Sequence record: OR142618.1
Reading direction: 5' to 3' (one strand)
DNA length: 64,000 nt
Shown here piece after piece: positions 28,001 through 38,181 of this stretch. Position 1 is the first letter of the stretch; every line of letters begins with the position of its first letter. The notes below the pieces were generated by a model, which made no database searches, was not told the origin of the DNA, and was given only the letters and a program-made list of their open reading frames with translations. A program made the translations under genes and the position numbers.

Positions 28001-31000
28001 TACTCTCTATCTTGGAATCCTATTAGATGTCTAGCAGTTTGTTCTATTATGGGATTATCTAATGTATTTTCGGTATCGTAATAATGCCATATTGAATCAG
28101 TTAAATTCTCAAAGTTTTGTAATAGATTATCATCTTGTATTAAATAACCATCCGCCTCAAATTTACCGTACCAATCGTTTGTGCGAATGCCGCGCAACTG
28201 AAGTCTTTTTTGTCTAGAGTATAGTAACGGATCGTATATAGTATCATTAAATATAGTTTTGTTATCAAATAGTATAGCGTGTTCTGTATCGCTTGTAGAA
28301 ACACGGAATAAATATATTCCAATTTGATCGCTTTCGTGAGATACAGAGATAGTTCTTCTGTCCCTATCTATGATAGTATCATTAGGCGATATAGCATATC
28401 CATTTTGATCTAATATACTATAAACACCATTTGATATTCTTTCTACCTTCTCAGGATAACCTTCGTTTACTTCTAATGTAATTTTAGAAGCGCCAGGGGC
28501 GACGAATAAAGTGTTATTTGGTGCCCATTGAGTGGTTGCCCAGAATAGGAATCCCTTAGCAGAAGTAACCCAATTTAATACTTCTCCTGTAGTTTGGTCT
28601 ATTTCGTTAAATTTCCATCCGTTTAATTCTAAATACTGACCATATCCTATTAGGAAATCAAATACATCCTGAGGAGTATCTAATTCACTTCCGTATTCTA
28701 TTTCGTAGAATTCGCTATAATCACCTTCATTAATATAGTTTACTGTTATACCGCCAGTTGCAGGAAGTGATTTTAGACGCATCCAGTTATCTTGATTAAA
28801 TTTTCCTTGTGCTGCAATAACAACGCATTGATAGTAGACTCCATTGTATCGAACTACATCTCCGTAATTGTACTGAACATTAGTGTCATAAATTGTGAAA
28901 TTAGAAGTTGTTCCACCTACATTTATTGTAGTTCCGGATACTAACGTACTTCTAGGAACAACTTTAAATACAGGATTTAATACATCATATCCTCTTACTT
29001 CAAATTTTCCATATTCATTTACACGTATTGCAACACCACTGAATACATATTCAGTTATAGGTTTGCCAGTATATACTCTTACATGTATATTTTCATTAGG
29101 TAACAACATGCTAGAATTAGTAGAGCCACCGGATATACTATCGGCATATACATTCAATGTATCTACATTAGTATATCCTGCAAGTCTATGTGCTAAACAA
29201 ACATCTAACGAACGTATCTTACTACCGAAATTGTATGTAATATCTTGTTTACCCATGAAGGACAATCTATCAAATACGTATTGTTGATATCCAGAGTTTA
29301 ACACTATATTTCCATTTACTACTTCGCCGTGGGCATATGTGTTACTATTAGAAATTCTTGTATATGTAGAACTCGATATGTACTGCTTCGCGTTTATGGG
29401 TGCTCTTGTGTCGTCAAGTGGATTCCAGTATCTTTCTCCGAAATCTGCAGGTTTCATTAAATATAACAATTCTAACTGAACAAATGGCCATTCCGAATTA
29501 GTATACCATGCTTCTTCTACAGGACTATTGTCCCCGAATATCCATTCGTCTTGAAGTGTTTCTATTTCTTGATTAGAAAGCTGCGGAACTATACCTAACT
29601 CCTCTGGTGTTTTTAAATCACCAGAAGTATCTGACGGTATTAGATTTGGAACTAATCCAGTTCTTTTATACTTTTCGTGGGTGCCTGCTCTATTGCCACG
29701 GCGAATTATACCGTTTTCAATATCAGTCCACATATCAGTATTTTGTGAAGTATAATCTCCATTATATTCTTCATCCCACCAGGTCGGCTTTTCTACAAAA
29801 CCTAACATTTCCCATGGTGTTTTATTAGGTGTTAGTGTGTTATAGTAGTATTTGTATAATCCGCGCCAGGATCCGATAGAATCGTTACTAACTGGACGAT
29901 AATTCCAAGTTTTCCAGTTTAACGAATTAAATCCAGAATATAATTTATAATTAAGACTATTCTTTAAACACCATTTTAAGAAATAAGGTTTTACTATTTC
30001 ATTATATTGTTGCAGAGTATACCCGTTTTCATAAAATTTTGTCGGTTTTACATCGTCTAATTTAAGTAATAAATTGTAATCTAGTCTAAATTTGTCGGCA
30101 ATATTGTTATATATTCTTGTTTCAAATTCTAATAATAGATCATCCCTAATATCACCGTAGGTGGGTATTTTAGAACCATCATGACCTAAAATTACTTCTG
30201 TAGGAGTAACATAACTAGTATCTACAATTATTTTAGGTTGATATACAGGATAACATCCTATTTTAGAAGGTGTTGCAGGTATTTTTGCAGAAAGTATGTT
30301 ATTGTATATACGAACAATATACGACGTATTCGAAGGTGTACTAGACAGTTTAACAACTAAATTATTATTAGAATACGATAGTGTATAGTCTTTATCTATT
30401 GTTAATGTATTGTAATCAACAGAAGTGCCAGATCTTCTAAATACAAGAACAGAAGAATCCATTTTACCTAATATGTTATTAGTCGGTACTAATAATGTAT
30501 TTCCTACTGATGCGCTAGAGAAATTGTATTCATCGTATACATCACCCCATGCAGCCATATATGACTGTGTGAAGGCACCATTGTATTCGAACGTGCTAGT
30601 AACGCGATTTATCACATACGTAAACAATGCATCTATGTTTACTGGGTTTGTATTTTGATTTAAAGGCGCTGCTATTAATTCTTTTGCATATTTTATGAAC
30701 TTATCTTTATATCTAGTATATTCGTCGCGTGCAAATCTTATAGCAGAATTTATATTTAATTCTTCGCTAGAAGATACAAGCATTGTTTTTAACAATGGAC
30801 TTCTATTTTGTAGAATAAATGTACCTAAAGATTTGTCTTCAGCAGTATCTCTGTAATTATTATTAGAACTATAAGGATCTCCTTTAAATCCTATTTGATT
30901 AGTCATTATACTAACAAAATGGTTTGTTAACTCATTCGACGAGTATTCATTTACTTCTAAGTTGTTAGGGTTATTCTCTAATTGTTGTGGAATTTGATAA

Positions 31001-33672
31001 TACCCTAGTGCGTTATCTGGTAAAGCTTCTTTAGAATATGTGTATGTTTGAATAACATCAGTTGCAGAGAGTGATCTCAATATTTTTATAGTTTTAGTAG
31101 GTTTCCCGTCGTTATCCAGGACTATAGTAAATTCTACATTCTGTGCAAGGGTAGATTTATTGTATTCTACTCTTATGTCAAATATACCCGGTTCCAATTC
31201 TTCGGGTGTTACGCTTAGTTCGTATTCTTTTTGCGAAGAATCCGATACTACAAATCTATCTATTACTCTTTGTTTAGAATTTCCGTCAAATGGCACCCAG
31301 GTATGCTCATATGTGGGATTAGAGCCAGATATTGTATAATTCCATTGTTTAAAATAATAATAACCTTTTATTGGTTCGAATTCATTTCCGTTAAAGTATT
31401 GGAATACATCCATGTGAAGATCGTGTCTAAACACAATATCGGATATTTGACCTAAGTTTTTTACTTCAATAGGAAATCCTAGTATTTCATCGTCGTATGC
31501 ACTTTCTTCATTTATTTTATACGAAAAAATCTTAGATCCAGCAAATGTAGATTGCGGGAAACTATCTAACGAAATTGCATTGTTATTAGAGTCTAAATCG
31601 GTATAATATAAATTAAATAAAGGAGCTTGGTTAGCATTTGTTTTTCTATTATAAGTCCTTTCCCATTGTACTCCAGTATAATAGAACATGTCTCCTGCAA
31701 ATGTATCTCCTTCAGTTACTAATACTACATCTCCTTTAGCAACTTTTGTGTATTTGTTAGGAACAGGGATTATACTGTTTACTACAGTATTGTCTGGCTG
31801 TTCTACTTTAACTATTTTCCATATATAGTCTGTTGCATTTAGTGTAAGAGTTTCGTTATCTCTTACTATTAATTTAACAATACTATCGTCGGGCACTATA
31901 TTTTTAAATTCTACTAATAGTGCATTATCTTGTTCTATTGTAAAACTAACAAAATCATCTGCAGGATTATATAAGTAGTCATACGATACTGGATCATTGT
32001 TTGCATCTCTTGTATATGCATCTATTTGAATACCTATTATATGATTACCTATATTTTGTTGAGTAAAATTAAAAGTAAAATCATTATTAAATAAAAATGT
32101 TCTTCTGGCGCCTGGTCCTTCTATTGCTTCGGCAGCAGGCTTCTTATACATGTTTACTTTATTGTTTACATTTATTTCTACTTGGTCACCAGGCAATAAC
32201 CCATCTATGTTATCATTTATGATTACATCAAATGCTAAATTAGTAGGTAAGGTAGTTCCTGTAATGGTTACAATGCTATTATTCTTACCAACAGGTGTAT
32301 TTAATGTTTCTACATTAAATGTAAACGAAGTTCTCGGCTGTCTTATAGATGTTCCTCTGTTAACTACATCTATAGTCTTAATAGTTCCTACGCTAGATGG
32401 TGTATAAAATTTATATTCAACGCCATTTGTTATGTTTTCAAAACTAACATTGTTTATATCATACGAAATAGGATTCCATTGCAATCCTTTTGTATCTGCA
32501 ATGAAATTCATTTGGTTTAATTCATCTTCGTACGAATACCATTCGGGATTGTAAAACATTTTGTTACCACGTTTTACAATTACAAATATATCATCTGTAT
32601 CAGTAAATGGTTTTCGTAATATTATATTGTATGGCGCTGCATCTGCAATAAATGTATCTACAATTGGATAAGTTATTGTGCTATTAGATAAGAAAATTAA
32701 CTTATCTTGATCTTCTAATAGTTTTCCATCAATAGTGTATGATGCAGAATTTGATATACTAGAAATATTATCAGACTCGGCTACTAGATTAACTTCACCT
32801 AAGTAATTATTTCCAGATTTAAATAACTCTATATCTCTATCAAACTCTATAATAGGTCTTCTTGCCTTAACTGCGTTGTTATACGTAGATGTATTGGTTG
32901 CAGAGGCAGAAGTTGCCATTACAGATTTATGATACCATTTGTTAGTGCGGGACCATGCGTTGCCATCTCTGCAGCCGCGTTCTATAGTGATATAATCTAC
33001 AGAGCCAACAGTATCTACTAAGTGAGATTCATCTTTTACTAAAATAATACCTTTTCCGACACCTTCTACAGTTAATGGTCTATTAAATGAAGACGAGTTA
33101 GTATATTGTATTCTGAGTCCGTTAGAAAGCTGAATAGTATTACCGTTTTCTAATGTTATACTGGCGTTCTTTTTTCCTATTATATTGTTTATTATCCATT
33201 CGTCTGCGTTTATACCACTTTCGTTTTCTACTGTTAACATAATAACAGGCAGCCGATCTTCTATCCAATAATAATTTTGGAAATTTATAAATTTATCTAA
33301 ATCTATCGGCGGACCGAAAGAATAATATCCGCCAGAAAATAAAGTGTCATTATTCTTTGTATTAGCACCATAATAATTTAACCTGTTTAACAAGTCTTGG
33401 TAAAACATTATATTTGTTTGATCTAACGTAGTAGAATCAATACTATACGAGGTTGCTTCTAACTGATACCAAGTCCGTTCTTTAGTAGGTTCTGCTAAGT
33501 AATAATCATTTATAGGATCATGTCTACCGGGAACTCTTCTACCTATGTAGGCAGTTATATCCTCTACATTCTTTTTAGAAAATAGTTGCTCAAATGTAGC
33601 TAAAAAGAATCTTTTTTGGGTATCTGTTCTAAATATACCAGGTAACTTGTTAAACGTTTTTAATGTTGCCAT
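22099..33672 (-). CDS. Giant virion protein (3857 aa), probable baseplate wedge/fibre scaffold
   Basis: Uninterrupted 11.6-kb ORF next to the gp6-like wedge gene; beta-rich; contains YNYGDVVRYNGVYYQC, a carbohydrate-binding-like motif. Confidence 0.85.
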   Translation of the reverse strand: MATLKTFNKLPGIFRTDTQKRFFLATFEQLFSKKNVEDITAYIGRRVPGRHDPINDYYLAEPTKERTWYQLEATSYSIDSTTLDQTNIMFYQDLLNRLNYYGANTKNNDTLFSGGYYSFGPPIDLDKFINFQNYYWIEDRLPVIMLTVENESGINADEWIINNIIGKKNASITLENGNTIQLSNGLRIQYTNSSSFNRPLTVEGVGKGIILVKDESHLVDTVGSVDYITIERGCRDGNAWSRTNKWYHKSVMATSASATNTSTYNNAVKARRPIIEFDRDIELFKSGNNYLGEVNLVAESDNISSISNSASYTIDGKLLEDQDKLIFLSNSTITYPIVDTFIADAAPYNIILRKPFTDTDDIFVIVKRGNKMFYNPEWYSYEDELNQMNFIADTKGLQWNPISYDINNVSFENITNGVEYKFYTPSSVGTIKTIDVVNRGTSIRQPRTSFTFNVETLNTPVGKNNSIVTITGTTLPTNLAFDVIINDNIDGLLPGDQVEINVNNKVNMYKKPAAEAIEGPGARRTFLFNNDFTFNFTQQNIGNHIIGIQIDAYTRDANNDPVSYDYLYNPADDFVSFTIEQDNALLVEFKNIVPDDSIVKLIVRDNETLTLNATDYIWKIVKVEQPDNTVVNSIIPVPNKYTKVAKGDVVLVTEGDTFAGDMFYYTGVQWERTYNRKTNANQAPLFNLYYTDLDSNNNAISLDSFPQSTFAGSKIFSYKINEESAYDDEILGFPIEVKNLGQISDIVFRHDLHMDVFQYFNGNEFEPIKGYYYFKQWNYTISGSNPTYEHTWVPFDGNSKQRVIDRFVVSDSSQKEYELSVTPEELEPGIFDIRVEYNKSTLAQNVEFTIVLDNDGKPTKTIKILRSLSATDVIQTYTYSKEALPDNALGYYQIPQQLENNPNNLEVNEYSSNELTNHFVSIMTNQIGFKGDPYSSNNNYRDTAEDKSLGTFILQNRSPLLKTMLVSSSEELNINSAIRFARDEYTRYKDKFIKYAKELIAAPLNQNTNPVNIDALFTYVINRVTSTFEYNGAFTQSYMAAWGDVYDEYNFSSASVGNTLLVPTNNILGKMDSSVLVFRRSGTSVDYNTLTIDKDYTLSYSNNNLVVKLSSTPSNTSYIVRIYNNILSAKIPATPSKIGCYPVYQPKIIVDTSYVTPTEVILGHDGSKIPTYGDIRDDLLLEFETRIYNNIADKFRLDYNLLLKLDDVKPTKFYENGYTLQQYNEIVKPYFLKWCLKNSLNYKLYSGFNSLNWKTWNYRPVSNDSIGSWRGLYKYYYNTLTPNKTPWEMLGFVEKPTWWDEEYNGDYTSQNTDMWTDIENGIIRRGNRAGTHEKYKRTGLVPNLIPSDTSGDLKTPEELGIVPQLSNQEIETLQDEWIFGDNSPVEEAWYTNSEWPFVQLELLYLMKPADFGERYWNPLDDTRAPINAKQYISSSTYTRISNSNTYAHGEVVNGNIVLNSGYQQYVFDRLSFMGKQDITYNFGSKIRSLDVCLAHRLAGYTNVDTLNVYADSISGGSTNSSMLLPNENIHVRVYTGKPITEYVFSGVAIRVNEYGKFEVRGYDVLNPVFKVVPRSTLVSGTTINVGGTTSNFTIYDTNVQYNYGDVVRYNGVYYQCVVIAAQGKFNQDNWMRLKSLPATGGITVNYINEGDYSEFYEIEYGSELDTPQDVFDFLIGYGQYLELNGWKFNEIDQTTGEVLNWVTSAKGFLFWATTQWAPNNTLFVAPGASKITLEVNEGYPEKVERISNGVYSILDQNGYAISPNDTIIDRDRRTISVSHESDQIGIYLFRVSTSDTEHAILFDNKTIFNDTIYDPLLYSRQKRLQLRGIRTNDWYGKFEADGYLIQDDNLLQNFENLTDSIWHYYDTENTLDNPIIEQTARHLIGFQDREYLNNLRITGDQQYLFYKGMISQKGTKQSVDKLLRSEFIKSNENIQIYEEFAFKLADFGATNSNAQLEVLIDGDLVKSDPQIVELSYPVSYGTGKVSEVRVLSSEMIYTTTPIIVFATPEEANAGLDPNVDAYLQGNQLNSPNNSIVEEIRATGQVVLKNGRIDSVTITEPGYGYIKPPKIAIIYNQTVITIDKLISIIKNKIDEDSPYDMIITIDSDDNERWLSKPNGRMPVIVGNEIKYNDRLVPTTKQLDGNIPTAGYVNTKDVTHQILYPKNIFTLWERKDVSKPSLTSYIWVGNASSVGIDWGVFVIYSGLTPATNALYPYCVINNMVYSYTVDSDGVIDAIFDKEGNQVTNVPIQNPLFFKNVRFKNNATVNVTSGKVWIDSINSDNDWAVAVVSGSTITNIRSRQNLVDSKLFENAYFYDKDTKQTIDFLPVYDPVKGLIPGTADRNIHYKSEIDPTTYSVSANSANIDDELAFTDSEVGRLWWDTSTCRYLQYEQPGKLDGSETKEQILEYRRDNWGKLFPGSVINVYEWVSSPFTPDLYNGTGTPKSLTDYVVRYDTNSAGQATPIYYYWVKGKQEIPNNIKSRNMTSTSVENLITNPKSQGYKWFSFIGNNSFVFSNVSKTINGKTPVFQVNYRYTKNINEKHTEWKLLREGDEVSVIPTYLWNRLVDSLVGYNINGDIVPDPTLSEFSKLGIKVRPRQSMIDNRMAARKVFVQNANSLLSTISIKDFNPAWADGLASSVLWRYVNWYADGFNQFNTTPVKQVSTVGELTGLVGKLKDGDIVKLVRPEEFTLYQYSNQNFTLIGRQNSAIQLLPAIYTVSRSYTNDNALRELIFALYNNVFKDANLVMRNLVFFALINYVLSEQQNLDWVFKTTYIKVNQEGESLTQQESVTTDPIQSFISYIKEIKPYTTKIRDLGVKYNVPMDIANGTAYDYDSLYDWPDDHEGEQAPFRPIEVPRLFDINSLYDRVQCGYITKPNYIDLGDQTFIGTGGQVVLIANTPNDEFIALDGISQYQLGANKDISRITSVTINGQEIEGYTFTTILNATFIILPSTPDAGDVIIVNYTDIKSVWKIKVDGKTITKEQYDVEINENGYLQVTFKSNTLIKIGSKIKLYSGTEFTQTPLEEMRLEYNARQPGKVLKPIFDLAIDPAGKIAGGWGIPKWGQLRWGIPGTIQEGNRQLWTEYLQYSGAAGRYILYQTDLQRDILSAAPINGSYPYSSFTERLYESSAGERDVLFQFNERFGDEYGCDYEGKVIDAKDFEYIFSRPWDSTKWDEYAWDASTATYVITPNYTETSATVISEGKTTFVIRYVVDITSVTLNGSSTQYTATKGSNFTSIEVPGAVEGDEIVFTFNPVTNTFNSDTSKPIIDGAYFEDTDVREGIPEEQALVSPTENMVIIVDSNAKTTEVQYVVTNTDTSNPFVKIVLTEKIVLQDIIGLVINGDPNTEDKLKFNIDNNGINTVVIAYPTSFSTGDIISVVYKDNYTSQTTVANDYRFDTNSVVRDNTQGYITVDLRNTKQNKDINTWDTFAWDPSIDSPENADSVYLLPIDMPTIANPDEVVAQASGQLTYKFVDITANGVDTMIHTGMNILPNRVQGVYSSGVAMYGYTVVVDNSGITPELVINFEIAPSAGTVITVKYQSYSIMKLDDYVSYVMNKYNITSVTTSEYKLQTLDMFVAANKRMISVSNNLYTRKSKEILYTNTKLFTVDTSIRNFVGETVYINGISKTKDKDYTIEFTNITGDNAKLLVVYKGTLNAGDIIRIDWTETNIQKVTDIVNNSWVAVFNEQHNFINPVTMQGDNVVIKYPAKPLSFRVHLDEMGETHYVRISDYYSTRLAKPLKLTDKSIELVDASAIVDPSNSKPGVVWIGTERIEFLYKRGNKLHGLTRGSLGTSVYTGTNGDTTVPLYTRVFDGSYKQEQEDTGKYIWENNNGGLALSTTPWAIFLQNRPGSGLTP

Positions 33673-33678
33673 TTTTAG

Positions 33679-36600
33679 TTAAATTCTCATATTCATTTCT
33701 GTTAAGTTATTTACTATCTCTACATTAGCTACAGTTGCAGTAGATATAAACAATTCATCCGATTCTGCTCTAATTTGGAATAAATTGCCAAATTTAGAAG
33801 TTTGTTCTATAGGTACTATAACAACCGAACCTATAACTCCTGCTAGGGTTTGGTGAATGTATGCTGCTAATTCTGTATAATAGAATGATTCACCGAAATC
33901 CCAGTTGTTTATGTTAAAATATTCGTCTATTGCAGAAACAACTTTAGATTTTATTTCGTTGTCAGTTAAAGTAGTGGAACCTACTTTAACTACTTTGAAT
34001 GTACATTTGTATTCTTCTCTTGCTTGCTGGCCAAATAATACCTTAAATCTAGCAGGCTGGAATACAATTTGGTCTGACAGCATTTTGTATGTACTAAGAT
34101 CACCAAATTGTATTCTTAGTTCTTCAGTGGTAGGCGATTCAGGGAAACGTTCGATAGGTAAATTTTGATTTTTCCATTTAAGGATATCGTCATAATACGA
34201 TTGTGTTAAAGTTACCATATCTACAATATTACTTATACTAGGATCTATTCTGTTATCTGAAGGAGCATAATGTTTCCATTTATAATGCAACGGATAAAAC
34301 TGAGAATCCTCATTCTGTGTATAACCCCTTCCGTTACTAACACTATGGTCATCATCAAACACATATGATAATACAGCATAACTTGCAGTTAATGTCATAA
34401 ACTGTGCTAATGAAGACGAATTAGCCTTTGCTGCGGTTATACCTGTTATTTCGTTAATAGTTTGATTATTTCCATTGTTAATGCGTATTGTTTCAAAAAT
34501 ACGACTACCAGGAGAATCTAAATTCTGTGTTACAATATTTATTCCGTCATTTTCTATGCGTTCTATAAAAATAGTTGTCCCATCAACACTATTATTACTA
34601 TTATAATTATCAGAATATATTGCTTCTAATACTTTAGTCCTTAGCAATGATTTAAAAGATGATTCTGCTGCACTTGCAATTAAAACTAAGTCCCTTGCAA
34701 CAACATCATTATAATTAAAATCTAAACTATTAGGATTCTGTTGGCGAAGATCTAACCAAGATGCTTGCCATAATCTATTATATTCATACCCGTCGTAATC
34801 TGTGGTTTTTTCGTGAAAAACTAAATCCGTAGGTGAAACAAATTGTTCAAAAATAAAAGTATTATCTGGTATACCGTCTCTATCTCTGTCTGCAGGAACT
34901 ACTACTATTTTTCTGGGATCACTATAGCCGTCAGATTCTATAAATGTTTGGAAAGAATTCCAGACAATAGAATTACCCAATTGGCCTTGATTAGAATAAA
35001 ATATTCGTATAATATCGTTAACTTGTTGCCCTACGTATTCTGCATCTAAAACGCCAGCAGATGCAGCTCCGGTTGGCAATGCACCTGGTAATAATATGCC
35101 GTTTTGCCAATACTGAATTTCTTTAGGTAAAGTATCTCTGTATTTTAAAATTATTTTGTTGTCGGGATATGTTAAACTAACTATACCGTTAACCAAACGC
35201 CATTGACCGTTTCCGATAAACTGCCAATTTTCTACTATAGTAGGACCTGTGTTAATTCCTAATATTTCTATTTCATCTCTTTGTGCAGAACCGGTGTTTA
35301 TATCAAATTCGGTTTCGTCAGTATCGTAGTAAAATTCTACGGTACCATTTGTTTCAAATATAAACTTTGTTCCTCTTGATAAAAATGTGTAATTATCTGT
35401 TTCGGTAGAATACGTCAAAACAAGCATCCAGTCTTTTCTAACTGCAGGTTGAGATAAAGATAAATCGAATTCAAAATTATCTAAATTTGTAGTGGGTACG
35501 CCCAATACAATAAACCACGAACCTTCTGGATCTACATCTATATCGTACTTTAATCCAAATTCATTTCTTCTAAATAGTTGATTTGCTATATCTGTAGTTT
35601 CTTCTGTATCAAACGTTGTTTTATATCTAGGATATACACTATCTACATACCAATTGGCTGGAATTTCTATATCAAATACAAATAAACTTGCGTTTAATCT
35701 AGTTGCAATAAACTCATTATCTGTAGTTGCATCCCCTTGTGACACTGGGTTAGTAATACTTTTAACTGTTACTTCTTTATATTCTGTACCGTTTGTAAAT
35801 TTAATTTTAGATCCGACAGAAAGGAATCTAAATTCCCCTTCTGGTCTATTATTATAATTCGTAGGATATATATAGTTGGTAGATCCTTTAACTAAGTATC
35901 CTGTATTAGTTGCATCAGACGACGGATACGTTACCCACTTTGCTTGAGTAGAAGTGTATCTAAATATATTAGGAACTCCGGGGCGAACAATAGAGGTATT
36001 TATGGGGTTAGGAGTTGGGTTTTGTCTATATCTTATATACTCACTTAGGTAATTATTCCAATAAAAGTTGATTAAATCTTGATTTCTGATAAATGTCTGT
36101 AAATTATTTCTAACTACTATATTTTCGCTAACTAATTTATCACCCATTGCTACTGTAGTAGAAGGCACAGTACTCTGATTGTATATAGAACCATCTTCGC
36201 CAAAAATATTTAAATTTTGATGAAATCCAGTAGGATCGTTAATATCTATATATCTAGAATGTCCAGAATGTGTTCTATTGATAGCATGAACTTTTGCAAT
36301 AGAACTACCCTGCGTTAACGGGAAAACATTATAGTCCTCATTGTTTACCATTCTGTCTTGGGTATAATATACTTGCGGTGCTCTGGTTTTTATCTCATCG
36401 TTTGTTTCTGTAGGCGAAGAATTAGATATAGTTTGTTCTAAACTAAAAATTAATCGAAGATCATATTGTTGAGAATCCGCACCTATATACGGTATTACTA
36501 ATTCCATCCCGGATGCTTCTTCCGGACGTAAAGTAAAAGTAGTGTTAGATGAAACTCTATACCATACTCTAAATGTACCTGTAGGAATAGTACCGAAATT

Positions 36601-37638
36601 TCCATCAGAGAATTTAACAGAAATTTGATCATTAACTCTAGAAACTACTTCAAATATATTTCTTATACCTAAGTTAATACTATTATAAATTATATTTGTT
36701 CCGCCAGAAACGTTAGGTACCTTAGTCCATTTTTCTTCAACAGTTCCAATTTCGTTAATCTCTTGGACCCACACATCAGTTTCGTTTATATTTCTATCAT
36801 TTATATCTATAATTCTATTTTGAACAGGAAAATCGAATGCAAAATCTTTAAATGCAAGAGTACCTTGTTTAAATTGCAAAAAGAAACCTGTGTTTGCAGA
36901 ATCTAACCCCTGACCATCGTTCCTGTATATAACATGAAACGCATCGTCTGGATCGGGTTGTCTTTCCGTAAATGTTTCGTCAAAATCTGAGTTAACTACT
37001 TCAAACGGTAGGGCGACATTATTGACAACTATCGGTATAGGAAATGCAACGTTTACCCTTTTTACGTTGTTTAATTGATATAAGCTAGTAGGTATATTAC
37101 CTACTGTTCCACTTTTAAATGGTCTACCAAATGGATTAGTAGAAGCGAATGCCGCATTTAATATAGTTATAAACTTGTCATAACTATCTATATCGTTAGG
37201 ATCATTCCAAAATACAGTTCTATTATTTAAATTCCTTTCTTGAGAATCTGTAACTGGTTCCGACGTTTGCACACCTATTAATTTAAATAACCCTTTAGCA
37301 GGTATATTTCGTTTAGGTTGATAGTTTATCATTCTAGCTAAACGTATAATGCTATCCCTACGCTCAGCAGTATCCATAAAGTTTTCTCTAGAATTTAAAT
37401 CCATTCTGAATGCAAGACTAGTTCCTAGATATGCAAGCAATTCAATAATAGCAATAAATTCAGAGCTTTCTATGTAATCATTAAAATCTTCAGGATAATG
37501 AATTTGAACATAATTAACTAACGCAGTCTTTAAGGAATCAAAATCATATGCTTTGAAATCGACGTCCTTGAAACTTTTATATATTTTTCTATAATCTTCC
37601 GCTGCGAACAGATTAGATTGTCTTACGTCTTGTGACAT
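33679..37638 (-). CDS. gp6: Baseplate wedge protein, T4 gp6-like (extended)
   Basis: YDFDSLK..DFNDYIESS..LAY..ENFMDTAERRDSIIRLARMINYQPKR; TQDRMVNNEDY motif. Confidence 0.85.
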   Translation of the reverse strand: MSQDVRQSNLFAAEDYRKIYKSFKDVDFKAYDFDSLKTALVNYVQIHYPEDFNDYIESSEFIAIIELLAYLGTSLAFRMDLNSRENFMDTAERRDSIIRLARMINYQPKRNIPAKGLFKLIGVQTSEPVTDSQERNLNNRTVFWNDPNDIDSYDKFITILNAAFASTNPFGRPFKSGTVGNIPTSLYQLNNVKRVNVAFPIPIVVNNVALPFEVVNSDFDETFTERQPDPDDAFHVIYRNDGQGLDSANTGFFLQFKQGTLAFKDFAFDFPVQNRIIDINDRNINETDVWVQEINEIGTVEEKWTKVPNVSGGTNIIYNSINLGIRNIFEVVSRVNDQISVKFSDGNFGTIPTGTFRVWYRVSSNTTFTLRPEEASGMELVIPYIGADSQQYDLRLIFSLEQTISNSSPTETNDEIKTRAPQVYYTQDRMVNNEDYNVFPLTQGSSIAKVHAINRTHSGHSRYIDINDPTGFHQNLNIFGEDGSIYNQSTVPSTTVAMGDKLVSENIVVRNNLQTFIRNQDLINFYWNNYLSEYIRYRQNPTPNPINTSIVRPGVPNIFRYTSTQAKWVTYPSSDATNTGYLVKGSTNYIYPTNYNNRPEGEFRFLSVGSKIKFTNGTEYKEVTVKSITNPVSQGDATTDNEFIATRLNASLFVFDIEIPANWYVDSVYPRYKTTFDTEETTDIANQLFRRNEFGLKYDIDVDPEGSWFIVLGVPTTNLDNFEFDLSLSQPAVRKDWMLVLTYSTETDNYTFLSRGTKFIFETNGTVEFYYDTDETEFDINTGSAQRDEIEILGINTGPTIVENWQFIGNGQWRLVNGIVSLTYPDNKIILKYRDTLPKEIQYWQNGILLPGALPTGAASAGVLDAEYVGQQVNDIIRIFYSNQGQLGNSIVWNSFQTFIESDGYSDPRKIVVVPADRDRDGIPDNTFIFEQFVSPTDLVFHEKTTDYDGYEYNRLWQASWLDLRQQNPNSLDFNYNDVVARDLVLIASAAESSFKSLLRTKVLEAIYSDNYNSNNSVDGTTIFIERIENDGINIVTQNLDSPGSRIFETIRINNGNNQTINEITGITAAKANSSSLAQFMTLTASYAVLSYVFDDDHSVSNGRGYTQNEDSQFYPLHYKWKHYAPSDNRIDPSISNIVDMVTLTQSYYDDILKWKNQNLPIERFPESPTTEELRIQFGDLSTYKMLSDQIVFQPARFKVLFGQQAREEYKCTFKVVKVGSTTLTDNEIKSKVVSAIDEYFNINNWDFGESFYYTELAAYIHQTLAGVIGSVVIVPIEQTSKFGNLFQIRAESDELFISTATVANVEIVNNLTEMNMRI

Positions 37639-37652
37639 GAATTAATTCCTAC

Positions 37653-38045
37653 TTATAATCTATCTATGTTAGAACTATTTTCTTGAGTAAAAATAGCAAT
37701 AAGCCTTTCTGGGGTTTGGTATGGCAAAAATGTAAGTAATACTTCTATTCTTATTCCGTTGTGAAGTTGTATTACTTTTATATCGTCATCGCTATTTAAT
37801 TGAACTCTCGGGTCAGAACCAATTACGTCCTTGACATCATCTACAACTATTCCTACTGTATATTCGTCTAGGGGATCCATTACATAGTCGTGTATGATAC
37901 TTCCAAATTCGGGTAACATAACTCGTTCGCCCTTTCTTGTATAGAAATGATTCATTAAATCTACTTTAACTAAATCTATGTCATTTACTTGATACGGTGG
38001 CCTAACTTTACCTACCGTAGAAAATCCAATAAACACTTTTGCCAC
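37653..38045 (-). CDS. gp25: Baseplate wedge subunit gp25-like
   Basis: DLMNHFYTRKGERVMLPEFGSII..DPRV motif. Confidence 0.9.
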   Translation of the reverse strand: MAKVFIGFSTVGKVRPPYQVNDIDLVKVDLMNHFYTRKGERVMLPEFGSIIHDYVMDPLDEYTVGIVVDDVKDVIGSDPRVQLNSDDDIKVIQLHNGIRIEVLLTFLPYQTPERLIAIFTQENSSNIDRL

Positions 38046-38068
38046 TTTATTATTCCTGTTTATTTCAA

Positions 38069-38076
38069 TATTTATC
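38069..38076 (-). promoter_or_regulatory. Putative late promoter GATAAATA
   Basis: About 25 nt upstream of the gp25 start. Confidence 0.65.
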
Positions 38077-38181
38077 TGGATATTTTTCTACATACTTAAC
38101 TTGACGGATAACAGTAAAATTAGTATACTGTGTACATGTTAAGTAATTCCGCTTAACAGTAACCAAGCTAAGAAAAAGAAA

